A stretch of 58,540 bases of DNA from Verrucomicrobiota bacterium (GTDB taxonomy: Bacteria > Verrucomicrobiota > Verrucomicrobiia > Chthoniobacterales > Chthoniobacteraceae), in the NCBI GenBank assembly GCA_037131875.1, contig JBAXQF010000001.1:1-58540 (forward strand), given 5' to 3'. Positions 37,270-47,818 of this stretch are shown here, in pieces. Under the pieces are notes generated by a model that worked only from the letters and a program-made list of their open reading frames with translations, made no database searches and had not been told where the DNA came from. A program made the position numbers and the translations under genes. Position 1 is the stretch's first letter, and every line of letters starts with the position of its first letter.

Positions 37270-37647
37270 ATGTTGCCTTTCCAAGTGCAATTCAAGGCGG
37301 GCGCTCCGGTTTCTGAACAGGTGGTTTATGCCGTAAAGAAGGCCATCATCACCGGCGGCCTCCAGTCAGGGGACAAATTTCCCTCCGTGCGCATTCTCAG
37401 CCAGGAGTTGCGCATCAACCCCAACACCGCTCACAAGGTCGTCGCTGCGTTGGTGAATGAAGGGCTGCTGGCGGTCAATCCAGGCATTGGCACCATCGTG
37501 GCAAACGCCCGCCCTTCCACCCGCCAACAGCGCAGTGAACTGCTGGGGAACGAGGTGGAGCGCCTTGTTGTCGAAGCAAAGAATCTACAGCTTGAGTTCG
37601 ACGACGTCGTCCAAGCCATCAAGCAACATTGGAATCGTTTATCGTAA
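37270..37647 (+). CDS. GntR-family (YtrA-like, short) transcriptional regulator
   Basis: KFPSVRILSQELRINPNTAHKVVAALVNEGLL wHTH and a short C-terminal helix pair. AGGA lies 6 nt upstream of the ATG at 37270. Confidence 0.8.
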   Translation: MLPFQVQFKAGAPVSEQVVYAVKKAIITGGLQSGDKFPSVRILSQELRINPNTAHKVVAALVNEGLLAVNPGIGTIVANARPSTRQQRSELLGNEVERLVVEAKNLQLEFDDVVQAIKQHWNRLS

Positions 37648-37657
37648 GCCATCCATC

Positions 37658-38563
37658 ATGAATAACGTCATTGAAACCCAGGGTCTGACATGCCGGTTCG
37701 GCAAAACCGCAGCGGTCGATAACCTCACGCTGGCCGTCCCGGAAGGGAGTATTTACGCCTTCCTCGGGTCGAATGGCGCGGGCAAAACCACCACGATCAA
37801 AATGTTGATGAACATTCTCCGGCCCACCTCGGGAAAGGCCGGGATATTGGGCGTGGATTCCACCCGCATCAGCCCCCGCGAGTTGGCGCAAATCGGTTAC
37901 GTTTCCGAAAACCAGCGCCTTCCCGAGTGGATGACCGTGGCGCAATTCATCGCCTATTGCCGCCCGATGTACCCGACCTGGGACGACGCCTTTTGCAAAC
38001 GGCTGCTCGCGCAATTTGATCTCCCGCTGGATCGCAAACTCAAGAGCCTCTCGCGCGGCATGAAGGTCAAGGCTTCGCTGCTCACTTCCCTGGCCTACCG
38101 TCCGCGTTTGCTGGTGCTCGACGAGCCGTTCACCGGGCTGGACCCGCTCGTGCGCGACGAATTTATCCGCGGCATGCTGGAGCTTTCCGGCGAGGGGAAC
38201 TGGACGGTATTCATCTCCTCGCACGATATCGACGAAGTGGAGCGGTTGGCCGATTGGGTGGGCATCATCAACAGCGGCAGTCTCAAGCTCGCGGAATCCG
38301 CAAGCGACTTGCAAACGCGCTTCCGTCGCATCGAGTGTGTTGTCGCGGAATCCACGCGCCTGCCCGCTGCGCCGCCTCCTTCCTGGCTCATCCCGGAAAT
38401 TGCAGGCCACACCCTGCGCTTGGTGGAAAATAATTACCAGCAGGGGGCCAGCGAGGCGCAGATTCTGAGCCTCTTCCCGGGCGCATCCCAGATCACCGTG
38501 ACCCCCCTGTCCCTGCGCGACATCTTCGTTGCGCTCGCCCGCACCTTCCGCATCACGGGTTAA
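37658..38563 (+). CDS. ABC transporter ATP-binding protein
   Basis: Walker A GSNGAGKTT, signature LSRGMK, Walker B LLVLDEP. Confidence 0.9.
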   Translation: MNNVIETQGLTCRFGKTAAVDNLTLAVPEGSIYAFLGSNGAGKTTTIKMLMNILRPTSGKAGILGVDSTRISPRELAQIGYVSENQRLPEWMTVAQFIAYCRPMYPTWDDAFCKRLLAQFDLPLDRKLKSLSRGMKVKASLLTSLAYRPRLLVLDEPFTGLDPLVRDEFIRGMLELSGEGNWTVFISSHDIDEVERLADWVGIINSGSLKLAESASDLQTRFRRIECVVAESTRLPAAPPPSWLIPEIAGHTLRLVENNYQQGASEAQILSLFPGASQITVTPLSLRDIFVALARTFRITG

Positions 38564-38602
38564 CCCTCACACCTTCCCTCAAACGCTTACCCACAGACCT
38601 TC

Positions 38603-41098
38603 ATGATCACTCATCTTTTGAAAAAAGACATTCGCCGCTCGCGTGTGCTGCTTGCCATGTGGTTTTTGCTGATTGTCGCGCAGTTTGCCCTCACCGGTTC
38701 CGGTGCGAATCCCTCCGACCGCGCCATGCAGGCGGCGTTTCAAATGATCGCAGTGCTGGTGCCGTTCTTCCAGACGTTGCTACTCATTGTGATCATCCCG
38801 CACGTAGTTCATGAAGAACCGCTCGTCGGAACCACGGCGTTTTGGTTCACGCGCCCCATTTCCCCGTCGCTTCTCCTCAAGAGCAAAGCGCTCTTTGCCC
38901 TGTTGCTCCTCGTCCTTCTGCCCCTGCTCACGGAAGTGATTGTCCTCGCGGCGAACCGCGTTACCGCGCACGACATCGCCCTGGCGGTTCCTGAAATCGT
39001 GATGGGCCAGTTGGTGCTGATTATTAGCATTGCCCTCATCGCCGTGATGACGCGCAACTTTGGTCGCTTTGCCATCGCCGGGGCAGGGGTTCTGATCGCA
39101 TGGGTTCTCGTGATGATGGCGTTGCAATTCGCAAAGATTTTTCTGCACCCGGAGACCTTGATAAACGCAGGAGGGGACAGCCTCTCGCTGGCAAAATCGC
39201 GGGGAGTGGCCGGGTCTCTGCTGACCATTCTTGCGGGAGGCGCAATCGTGGCGCATCAATACTTGACCCGGCGCACCGCGCGTTCCATTGCCGCCGCAGT
39301 GGTTGGGGTTGCGGTCGTTTTGGTTGTCCAGAATTACTGGCCGGTGAATTTCCTCAAACCGGCCCCTGTCGATAATACCCGAGCAAACTTTGACACCGCC
39401 GCCGTGAAAATCGAGTTCGCCTCCTCGCCCTCCGTGTCTGATGCCATGTCGATACGAGGCAAAGAGGCGCCCGAAAAAAGGGTGCAGGCGAATATCCGAA
39501 TTTTAGGAATCCCGAGCGGTGATGTTGCCGAAGTCAAGCGCGTCCAATCCAAACTCAAACTCCCGAACGGCCAACCTCTGGCGGTGAAAGCCTCGAACGC
39601 AGGCACTTTCAATGGCAATCCTGATATTGACGCGCTTGAAGCCGCGCTCGGTGGAGTTTCCGTTGTCAATGCCGACAGCCAGTCCTCTTCCCTTTACGCA
39701 CAGCTCTTCGCGATGGATGCGGCAGCCTACAAAAAAAACGAGGCCCAGGAGTTGGAGATGTCGGCGGACATCGAGCTTCTTGTTTCGCGGTATGTCATCG
39801 CGGGAGAACTGCCGCTCAAAAAAGGATCGCGCTACGACCGGGGCTCGGAGCATGTTGTTGTGACCGATGTGTTGAATCAACCCAACGGCGTGGACATCGT
39901 GCTCCAACAGCGCAAAATCAATTTGCTCTTTGATCGAAACAGCCTCGCCGAATCTTCGTTCTCAAACCAAAAGAGCGTCGTTTATCTCCTGGTCAACAGG
40001 AAGCGCCGTGAGGCGATTCAGCCAAACAGCAATGGCAACTTTGCGGTTAATTTTGCCAGCAGCAGATTAAAAAACGAGCCATTGCGCCTTGTGTTCGGGC
40101 CGGATCAAAACCGCTCGCGTCTTTTGCCGGAAATCAATGAACAATGGCTCGCAGACGCCGTTCTGGTGCGGCTCGCCCGCGTTCCCGTGGCGGAATTCAC
40201 CCGGCAGCTCACGGACGAGAAATTCGTCATGAACGGAAACGCATGGAACAAGAGCCACAAGGCCCGCAGCAGCGATGCCAGCGAAGGGCCGGATAAGGCG
40301 GCGCTTGCCAAAATCCAACTCCCGGAGAACGCCACAAAGCAACAGGTGAAGGAGTACGTGTTTGCGGTGATGGTTGCCTCGAAAAAACAGAACTCACGCA
40401 GTGATCGCGATCCCCAGGTGGACATGCTTGCCAAAGTCGGCGCAGAAAACATGGATGTGCTCATCGACGCGGCGAACAAGCAGAAGTATGGAGCTTCTTT
40501 CTATGTCTGGGAAGCGGTCAAGAAACTGGCACGCCCCGAAGACAAGGAGATCATTCTGGCGGCGCTTCCCGCAGAGCACAGCTTGGTTTCTCTCGTCCTC
40601 AAATATGGCTGGGCGGCGGATGCAAAGGAAATACTCCTCTCCGCGCTTGCAGATGAGAAAAGCTCTCTGCCCCTGGGTTGGATCAAGGCGGTGGCGACAC
40701 TTCAAGACCCTTCCACTTATTCCGATCTGACGAAATATTTCGTCCGTCGGGATGGAAACCGAAGGGATGTCTTTAATGCAATCAAAGACCTGCCCGGGAT
40801 CGACCTGACCGATGCGGTCGCCGAATCTTGGAAGCGGGCGAAGTTTCATTCGGAGTCTGACATTCTGGAAATGAGCCCGATTGCCGCGGAATACGGGAAC
40901 ATCGAGGCGCTGGACGCTGCCGTAAAGCTCCTCAAGAGCGACAGCAAGAACAACTACGAGCGCAAACGCGCAAGCGAAATCCTGCGGAAGTTTACTCCCG
41001 CTACCGGCAACGACCCTGCGCTGCTGGCTTGGCATGATGCCAACCGCGCGAACCTTGCCTTTGACGCCGCCAGCAAGAAATTCATCCCCAAGCCGTAG
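38603..41098 (+). CDS. ABC-2-type permease fused to a large extracytoplasmic region and a C-terminal HEAT/ARM-like repeat region
   Basis: About 6 hydrophobic helices in the first 250 aa and about 330 aa soluble beta-rich sequence. The C-terminal roughly 230 aa is alpha-helical with repeat-like segments (ALPAEHSLVSLVLKYGW..., LSALADEKS..., AIKDLPGIDL...). Confidence 0.6.
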   Translation: MITHLLKKDIRRSRVLLAMWFLLIVAQFALTGSGANPSDRAMQAAFQMIAVLVPFFQTLLLIVIIPHVVHEEPLVGTTAFWFTRPISPSLLLKSKALFALLLLVLLPLLTEVIVLAANRVTAHDIALAVPEIVMGQLVLIISIALIAVMTRNFGRFAIAGAGVLIAWVLVMMALQFAKIFLHPETLINAGGDSLSLAKSRGVAGSLLTILAGGAIVAHQYLTRRTARSIAAAVVGVAVVLVVQNYWPVNFLKPAPVDNTRANFDTAAVKIEFASSPSVSDAMSIRGKEAPEKRVQANIRILGIPSGDVAEVKRVQSKLKLPNGQPLAVKASNAGTFNGNPDIDALEAALGGVSVVNADSQSSSLYAQLFAMDAAAYKKNEAQELEMSADIELLVSRYVIAGELPLKKGSRYDRGSEHVVVTDVLNQPNGVDIVLQQRKINLLFDRNSLAESSFSNQKSVVYLLVNRKRREAIQPNSNGNFAVNFASSRLKNEPLRLVFGPDQNRSRLLPEINEQWLADAVLVRLARVPVAEFTRQLTDEKFVMNGNAWNKSHKARSSDASEGPDKAALAKIQLPENATKQQVKEYVFAVMVASKKQNSRSDRDPQVDMLAKVGAENMDVLIDAANKQKYGASFYVWEAVKKLARPEDKEIILAALPAEHSLVSLVLKYGWAADAKEILLSALADEKSSLPLGWIKAVATLQDPSTYSDLTKYFVRRDGNRRDVFNAIKDLPGIDLTDAVAESWKRAKFHSESDILEMSPIAAEYGNIEALDAAVKLLKSDSKNNYERKRASEILRKFTPATGNDPALLAWHDANRANLAFDAASKKFIPKP

Positions 41099-41103
41099 CG
41101 CTA

Positions 41104-41133
41104 CAAAAAAAGCCGCACGGCGAACCGTGCGGC
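41104..41133 (-). terminator. Rho-independent terminator of ugd
   Basis: gccgcacgg cgaa ccgtgcggc. On the minus-strand RNA it is followed by UUUUUUU. Confidence 0.75.
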
Positions 41134-41154
41134 TTGGAATGTTTGCGAACCGTT

Positions 41155-42474
41155 TTACGCCTTCGGCGCGAGCACGGGCCGACCCACGGCGCGGTAGGTG
41201 AAGCCGAGTTCCGACATGGTTTTCGGGTCGAAGAAGTTGCGACCGTCGAAAACGAGCGGGGTGTGCATGCGCTTCTTGACTTCGCTGAGATCCACGGAGG
41301 CGAATTCCTTCCACTCTGTTGCGAGGATGAGCACTTCGGCCCCCTCGACGGCTTCAAGCGGGGAGTTCACGAGCTTCACGCCGGGGCAAAGGTTGTATTC
41401 CGCGGCTTTCTCCGCGCCCTTCGGGTCGCACGCGGTGACGATGGCGCCTTCGGCGACCAGTTCGTTGACCATGTCGATTGGCACGGAGTTGCGCACGTCA
41501 TCGGTGTCAGGCTTGAAGGTGAGGCCCCAGACGGCGATCTTCTTGTCGCGCAGCACCCAGAGGGCGTCGCGGATGCCCTTGATGAAGCGATCCTTCTGAT
41601 CCTTGTTAATGCGCTGGACTTCCTTGAGCAGGGTGAAGGGGACGCCGAGGTCGTCGCTGATGGCGATGAAGGCGGCGATGTCTTTCGGGAAGCAGGAACC
41701 GCCATAGCCGAGCCCGGCGTTCAGGAAGTTGCGCCCGATGCGCTTGTCCATGCCAATGCCGTCGGCGACTTTCTCCACGTCCGCGCCGCTGGCTTCGCAG
41801 ATGGCGGAGACGGCGTTGATGTAGGAAATCTTGAGCGCGAGGAAAGAATTCGCCGCGTGCTTGATCAACTCGGCAGAGTTGATGTCGGTCACGAGGATGG
41901 GGGCGTTGAAGGGCTCATACACCTTCTTCATGAGCGCCAGGGCGCGGTCGCTGTTGCCGCCGATGACGATGCGGTCGGGCTTCATGAGATCGGGCACCGC
42001 GCAGCCTTCGCGAAGGAACTCCGGGTTGCTGACAACGTCAAAGTCGGCCCCGTTGTTGTAGCGCTTGATGGTGTCGGTGACTTTCTCGCCGGTCTTCACC
42101 GGGACAGTGCTCTTATCCACCACCACGCGGTATTCACCCGGCTTGAGCACGCCTGCAATCTCGCGGGCAACGCGCTCAATGAAACTCAGATCCACACTGC
42201 CATCGGGCTGGGGAGGCGTGGGGACGGCGATGAAGACGATTTGGGAGCCATCCACCCCTTCCTGAATGCTGTTGGTGAAGTGAAGGCGCTTGGCCGCGAC
42301 GTTGCGGTGGACAAGCTCTTCGAGACCGGGTTCATAAATCGGTATTTTCCCGGCGTGAAGCGCGTCCACTTTACGCTGGTCGTTGTCGACGCAAATAACG
42401 TTGTGGCCCACTTCAGCGAAACAAGCGCCACTGACGAGGCCGACATATCCGGAACCGATGATGCAGAGATCCAT
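41155..42474 (-). CDS. ugd: UDP-glucose 6-dehydrogenase
   Basis: IIGSGYVGL Rossmann motif and GGSCFPKD catalytic Cys. Confidence 0.9.
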   Translation of the reverse strand: MDLCIIGSGYVGLVSGACFAEVGHNVICVDNDQRKVDALHAGKIPIYEPGLEELVHRNVAAKRLHFTNSIQEGVDGSQIVFIAVPTPPQPDGSVDLSFIERVAREIAGVLKPGEYRVVVDKSTVPVKTGEKVTDTIKRYNNGADFDVVSNPEFLREGCAVPDLMKPDRIVIGGNSDRALALMKKVYEPFNAPILVTDINSAELIKHAANSFLALKISYINAVSAICEASGADVEKVADGIGMDKRIGRNFLNAGLGYGGSCFPKDIAAFIAISDDLGVPFTLLKEVQRINKDQKDRFIKGIRDALWVLRDKKIAVWGLTFKPDTDDVRNSVPIDMVNELVAEGAIVTACDPKGAEKAAEYNLCPGVKLVNSPLEAVEGAEVLILATEWKEFASVDLSEVKKRMHTPLVFDGRNFFDPKTMSELGFTYRAVGRPVLAPKA

Positions 42475-42525
42475 GTGATGTATTGGTTTGGGTTGATTGG
42501 TTGGGTTGATGGTTATGGGTTGCGT

Positions 42526-44823
42526 CTAGGGATGAGCCGAGAGCGGCAGGCGCAGGTTGGGGAGGTCTTTCAGGGTGAAGGTCAGCACAACGCCGACATC
42601 GGCTACATTCTTGCCGGTGAGGCTGTTGTAATTTTCCTTCATGGTGAAGCCCAGCGATGCAATCCAGCTCGAGAGATCGCGGTGGAGTGCATAGTTCTGT
42701 GATTGAAGGGTGCTGTCAGAAAATTCGTATTGATCGCTGAAACTGACGGCCCAGTTGTCGTTGACCCGATAATAGGCGCCAAACACCAGGTTGTTGCTAT
42801 TGGCGAAGAAAACATTGTTCTCAAGATAACGATGGCCGACGGTGAAGCTGAGGTCCTCGTTGGCCAGAAAATGGAGATCGGTATTGAGCTGGGTGAAGCC
42901 GCTGCTCGTCAGCGGGATCTGGCTATCCATGCGTAAAGAGACCCAGGAGAGCGGCGCATAGATGAGTTGGTTGCAGAGATTGGAAAACGCTCCCTCAGAG
43001 GGGAGGCCTGGGTAGCTGGGGGCTTCCAGATTCGCGTTCAAAAACGTGTTCATCGTCACCAGGTTGTAGGTCGTGTCGTCGCGCCGGGTCTGCAGGGTGT
43101 TGCGAACGCCCAAACGCCAGATGGTCCAGTTAGGAATCGCATCCAAGGTGGTGAACTGCGGGAAGCTGATGGGGGGAAGCTCTGTGGTGGGCGTGAGTCG
43201 ATCGAATTGCAGGATGCTGTTGGGATTGTCTCCAGTTCTCACGAAGGAGAGATCGGTATAGGGTTGCCCCACATGGCGCAGTCCGTCGAGGCCAAGGGAG
43301 CGGGACTGCATTTCCTCCCATTCGCGCGAGAATTTGAAGGAGGACTCGATGCCTGCATTCAACACGGGACGGAAGACTGCGCCGCTGGACTTGTGCTGGA
43401 GGAGCGTCTCCACGTTTTGATTCAGATCCAGCCCGTTGGTTTGCAGGATATTAAAAGCGCTCTCTGCACCAGCCGAATAGTAGGTGCCCCTCAAGCCGAC
43501 GCGCGGAATCACCGAAAGCCAGCCGTCATAGGTTTGCGGCAGAGAAAGCTGGTGAAAGGTGTCGAAGCGGAAGGCATCGTAGTTTTCAAGCAGGGCACTG
43601 GTGGCGACAGGGTGCAGCGCATCCGTGTTTGAGAGCGTGCCGAAGGTGCGAGCAAGGCGCCCTGCGCTGGTTTCGCTTTCGTAGAAGACGGGGGAGTCCG
43701 CGCAGAGCGGCGCGTTAAAAAGGGGCTGCCGGGTGACGTCCAAAGCGGCTTCGGGCAGCCGCTCGGTGGTATCCAGAAAGCCGTTGCCTTGGAAGCGCAC
43801 AATCCCCGTGGCGGTGTAGCCTTCGTTCCATTTGGTCAGCGAGACCACGTTGTCAGGCTGCGGATTATTGCGGTATTCTGAGGGATAAAAATCGCGCAGA
43901 AACCGGTAATCACTCAGCTTGTTGAGGTCGGCATTCGCGTAAATCTCCTCTGTAAGGTACGTCCGGCTTTGGAAGGAAAGGCGGTAACGGCTGGAGGTGA
44001 CGGGAGCAATGACCTGGGCGGTGTTGTTGGTGTTGCTGCTGGTGTCTTCGGCGTAATAGCTCCGGAAGTGAGCCCAGCTTTTATTTTCGGGGCCAAACGT
44101 ACTCTTGGTATCGAACCCGACGGCAACGCCGCGCTTGGAGCGCAGATCCAGATCCAGCATGCCGTGGATGTTATCGGTCAGGGGAACGCCATAACGGTTG
44201 AGCACGTAGGCTCCCCAATCGCTGTTGTAGCCGGGGGTAAAGTTGAAGCCGGATTCCTCTTTGAGCGACTGGTAGATATACGGGAACCAAAAGACAGGCG
44301 TTTCCCCCACATACATCGAGACGTTGGTGAGGGTGATGTAGTCGTTGGGGTGAATGCGAATGTTGCGGGCCTGGAAATGGTAGTCCGGCTTGCTGGAATC
44401 GCTGGTGGTCGCAATCGCGTTTTTCGCCTCGTAGCCGGTTCCATCGGTCAAGGAGTTGACGGTCTCTCCCTTGGTGAAAAAGGGAGTCATGCTGGAGCGG
44501 AAATTCGAGGAGCGCAGCAATTTCGTTTCAAGGTTGTAAAGGGCGCGATCCCCCTCCACCAATCTCCCGTCCCGGTAGAGCCGCACGTTGCCGATGGCGA
44601 GCACATCCCGGGTCTCGGGGTTGTATTGTACGTAATCCGCGTAAATGGAGGTGCTGCCGTAATGGATGATGACGTTGTTTTCCGCCACCGCCACGCCGCC
44701 AACAAAGCGCGTTTCGCCATCCGCGGTGATTTCGATGGGGATATCCCCAAAGCTTCCAAATTGCGCCCGTGCGCAGGCAGCGCTCAGGAGCAGTAGGGCG
44801 AGAAGCAGGAAGCGGTTCTTCAT
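42526..44823 (-). CDS. lptD: LPS-assembly outer membrane protein LptD (OstA family)
   Basis: Signal peptide, OstA-like N-domain (ADYVQYNPETRDVLAIGNVRLY) and a large aromatic-rich beta-barrel region. Confidence 0.8.
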   Translation of the reverse strand: MKNRFLLLALLLLSAACARAQFGSFGDIPIEITADGETRFVGGVAVAENNVIIHYGSTSIYADYVQYNPETRDVLAIGNVRLYRDGRLVEGDRALYNLETKLLRSSNFRSSMTPFFTKGETVNSLTDGTGYEAKNAIATTSDSSKPDYHFQARNIRIHPNDYITLTNVSMYVGETPVFWFPYIYQSLKEESGFNFTPGYNSDWGAYVLNRYGVPLTDNIHGMLDLDLRSKRGVAVGFDTKSTFGPENKSWAHFRSYYAEDTSSNTNNTAQVIAPVTSSRYRLSFQSRTYLTEEIYANADLNKLSDYRFLRDFYPSEYRNNPQPDNVVSLTKWNEGYTATGIVRFQGNGFLDTTERLPEAALDVTRQPLFNAPLCADSPVFYESETSAGRLARTFGTLSNTDALHPVATSALLENYDAFRFDTFHQLSLPQTYDGWLSVIPRVGLRGTYYSAGAESAFNILQTNGLDLNQNVETLLQHKSSGAVFRPVLNAGIESSFKFSREWEEMQSRSLGLDGLRHVGQPYTDLSFVRTGDNPNSILQFDRLTPTTELPPISFPQFTTLDAIPNWTIWRLGVRNTLQTRRDDTTYNLVTMNTFLNANLEAPSYPGLPSEGAFSNLCNQLIYAPLSWVSLRMDSQIPLTSSGFTQLNTDLHFLANEDLSFTVGHRYLENNVFFANSNNLVFGAYYRVNDNWAVSFSDQYEFSDSTLQSQNYALHRDLSSWIASLGFTMKENYNSLTGKNVADVGVVLTFTLKDLPNLRLPLSAHP

Positions 44824-44903
44824 TGGCAGGGCATGACCCTAGCCAAGGGGGCTTGGGGTTGCCAAGAACAAATCAGGTTTTCACTGAGGTCACAGAGTGG
44901 TTT

Positions 44904-46010
44904 TTACCCTTTACGGTGCACCCAGACGCTGTTGACCAGCCCCAGCCCGAAGAAAATCACAAACACGAACGACCCGCTGTAGCTGATGAGCGGGAGGGGA
45001 ACGCCGGTGACGGGCATTAGAGCGATGTTCATGCCGATGTTCTGGAACGTGTGGGCAAAGAGCAGCGCGATGACCCCCACGCAGAGCAGCAGCCCCAGGA
45101 GGTCGGCCGCTCGCGCCGCCACATAAAAACAGGCGGCCAGGAGCAGGGCGAAGCCGCAAACAAGCGCCGTGCCGCCGACAAACCCCCATTGCTCGCCGAC
45201 GGCGGAGAAAATGTAATCGTTGGGCACGGTGGTGCGGGGCACGTAGCCAAGCTCCACCTGGCTGTCTTTGGCCAGGAACCCTTTGCCGCCCCAGCCCCCG
45301 GAACCAACGGCGATGAGGCACTGGTTGATTGCCCACGCCGCACCCTGGGTGTCGATTTCGGGGTCGATGAACGCGACAATGCGCGACTGCTGGTACGGCT
45401 TGAGCTTGAAATTGTAGGTGAGCGGCATGGCCGTGGCGGCCAGCAGTGCCACGACAATCAGGTAGCGCAACGGCAACCGCGCCAGGAAGAGCATCGAGAA
45501 AGCCACCGGAATCCAGACAAGACATTCCCCCAGATCGGGTTGGATCAAAATAAGGAGCGCCGGAGCCCCCGAAAGAACTCCGCAGGCGAGCAGCTTGCGC
45601 ACGGGGTGAAGCCGGGGAAACTGCGTCAAAAACACCGCCATGATGAGGATGCCCGAGACCACGGCAAGTTGGGCGGGCTGAAAGAGCAGGGGGCCAAGCT
45701 TCAGCCAGCAGCGCGCGCCATCCTTTATCACCCCCATGACCAGCGTGAGGACAAGAAACACCATCGAGAGGACATACATCGGCAGCGCCCCCCAGCGAAT
45801 CCATCGGTAGTGGACCATGCTGGTCACCAGGAAAACCACCGTGCTGATGCCGACCCACGCCGCTTGCTTGCGCCACATGGTGTAGTAAGCCGGGCTCTCA
45901 CGCATGTACGTGCAGCTATAGATGGCCACAACGCCAAAAACAGCCAGCGCGAGCATCGCCCCAAAGAGGATCCAGTTCATCCCCAGAAATTTTCTCAGCC
46001 ACGGTGTCAT
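44904..46010 (-). CDS. rodA: FtsW/RodA/SpoVE family peptidoglycan glycosyltransferase
   Basis: About 10 TM helices, IQPDLGE, PLPLISYSGS. Confidence 0.85.
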   Translation of the reverse strand: MTPWLRKFLGMNWILFGAMLALAVFGVVAIYSCTYMRESPAYYTMWRKQAAWVGISTVVFLVTSMVHYRWIRWGALPMYVLSMVFLVLTLVMGVIKDGARCWLKLGPLLFQPAQLAVVSGILIMAVFLTQFPRLHPVRKLLACGVLSGAPALLILIQPDLGECLVWIPVAFSMLFLARLPLRYLIVVALLAATAMPLTYNFKLKPYQQSRIVAFIDPEIDTQGAAWAINQCLIAVGSGGWGGKGFLAKDSQVELGYVPRTTVPNDYIFSAVGEQWGFVGGTALVCGFALLLAACFYVAARAADLLGLLLCVGVIALLFAHTFQNIGMNIALMPVTGVPLPLISYSGSFVFVIFFGLGLVNSVWVHRKG

Positions 46011-46086
46011 AATCCCAACCGTGAGTAGAATCGTTTCCTACAGGCTTGCCGAACGGTTCGGGAACGGCAATGTTTAGGTTTTCGCC

Positions 46087-47790
46087 ATGCATCTTTCGCC
46101 TGATCAACCTCTCGCCGGCATCCTCGCCCCCCTCTTTGCCCTTCGCTCGGAAAACGATCTCGGGATCGGAGACACCGAGTCGCTCCGCGAATTCGCAGAC
46201 TGGGCGCTCGAAAACGGCTTCCGGCTTGTGCAACTGCTGCCCATCAACGAAACCGGCAACGACCACTCTCCCTACAACGCCATCTCCTCCGTGGCCATTG
46301 ACCCGTGCACGCTGGCAATCTCCCCCGAAGCGATCCCCGATCTGACCGAGGAGGCCTATGAAGCCGCGCTCGCCGGGGTCTCGCTCAAGTCCCTGCGCAC
46401 CGGGCCGGTAAAATACCGCGTGGTGAAGCCGCTCAAGCGCCGGTTGCTGGAGCAGGCGTTTGAGGGGTTCATGGAGACCCACTGGAAAAACAAGACGGCC
46501 CGTTGCCGCCAGTTTCGCGCGTGGGTGAAAGAGCAGGCGGCCTGGATCGAAGGCTACGCGCTGTTCCGGGCGTTGATGGATGAAAACGGCGGCTCGGAGA
46601 TGTGGGACACCTGGCCCGAGCCGCAACAAACGCTCGAAAGCGCACTCGCGTGGCTCACCCTCCAGAAAGCCGCGGTGCGTCGCGCTCTGGAGTGGAAGAT
46701 GCGCTATTTCCAATACGTCCAGTGGATCGCCTTCGCGCAATGGGGGGCGCTCAAGGCCTACTGCAACGGCAAAGGCGTCGCGCTCATGGGGGACGTGCCC
46801 ATCGGCGTCAGCTACTACAGCAGCGACGTCTTTTGTTGCCCGGAGATTTTCAACCTGCGCTGGTCGGGAGGCGCACCGCCGGAGAAAGTTTTCAAGAGCG
46901 ATCCCTTCACCGAAAAATGGGGCCAAAACTGGGGCGTCCCGCTCTACCGCTGGGACGTGCTGCGGGAAACCAACTTCGCCTGGTGGCGGCAGCGCGTGCG
47001 CATGGTGCGCGAGATCTTCCACCTCTTCCGCATCGACCACGTGCTCGGGTTTTACCGCATGTATGGCTTCCCGTGGCGGCCCGGGCGCAACGCCGAGTTT
47101 CTCCCGCTCTCGGAAGACGCGGCGCGCGCCTGCACCGGGGGCGAACTGCCGCATTTCACCCCGCGCGATGATTCCTCACACGAAAACCGCGAAGCCAACC
47201 GGCGCGACGGCGAGGAATACCTGCGGGCGCTGCTGGAGGAAGTGGGCGAGCACCGCTTGATCGGCGAAGACCTCGGCGTGGTGCCCGACTACGTTCGCCC
47301 CAGCCTCACCTCGCTCGGCATCGCCGGATTCAAAATCCCGCAATGGGAGCGCCACCCGAACTGGCACCTCGTGCGCGGCAGCGACTACCAGCGGCTTTCC
47401 ATCGCCACCTACGCCACGCACGATCATCTTCCCATCGCCGCTTTTTGGGAACAGATGCGCGCCGCCGCGGAGTCCGGCGACGGGCATCAACGCTGGGAAC
47501 TGGAGCAGCTTTGCGGGTTCGCAGGGTTTGGCCTGGACAGCCCGAGACCGATGACGGACGCCATTCATGAAGCCCTGCTCGCGGGCCTCTTCCAGAGCAA
47601 CGCCTGGATGGCCATTGTCATGCTCACGGACGTTTTTGGCGACACCACCCGCTTCAACGTCCCCGGAGCCGTGGCGGATTCCAACTGGAGTGAACGCATG
47701 GCGCGCACCCCGGCCCAATGGCGCAAAGACAAAGCGCGCGCCGCGAAGATGAGCCGGATCGCCGCGCTCCTCAAGGCGAGCGGGCGGTAA
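46087..47790 (+). CDS. malQ: 4-alpha-glucanotransferase (GH77)
   Basis: GDVPIGV, RIDHVLGF, IGEDLGVVP and ATHD. Confidence 0.9.
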   Translation: MHLSPDQPLAGILAPLFALRSENDLGIGDTESLREFADWALENGFRLVQLLPINETGNDHSPYNAISSVAIDPCTLAISPEAIPDLTEEAYEAALAGVSLKSLRTGPVKYRVVKPLKRRLLEQAFEGFMETHWKNKTARCRQFRAWVKEQAAWIEGYALFRALMDENGGSEMWDTWPEPQQTLESALAWLTLQKAAVRRALEWKMRYFQYVQWIAFAQWGALKAYCNGKGVALMGDVPIGVSYYSSDVFCCPEIFNLRWSGGAPPEKVFKSDPFTEKWGQNWGVPLYRWDVLRETNFAWWRQRVRMVREIFHLFRIDHVLGFYRMYGFPWRPGRNAEFLPLSEDAARACTGGELPHFTPRDDSSHENREANRRDGEEYLRALLEEVGEHRLIGEDLGVVPDYVRPSLTSLGIAGFKIPQWERHPNWHLVRGSDYQRLSIATYATHDHLPIAAFWEQMRAAAESGDGHQRWELEQLCGFAGFGLDSPRPMTDAIHEALLAGLFQSNAWMAIVMLTDVFGDTTRFNVPGAVADSNWSERMARTPAQWRKDKARAAKMSRIAALLKASGR

Positions 47791-47818
47791 TAATACCAAG
47801 TCTGGTTGAAAAAGAGCA

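Noticed and set aside
41134-47154. ORFs 41134-42702(+), 43969-44796(+), 45051-46028(+) and 45916-47154(-)
   Set aside because: They are antisense shadows of ugd, lptD, rodA and malQ.
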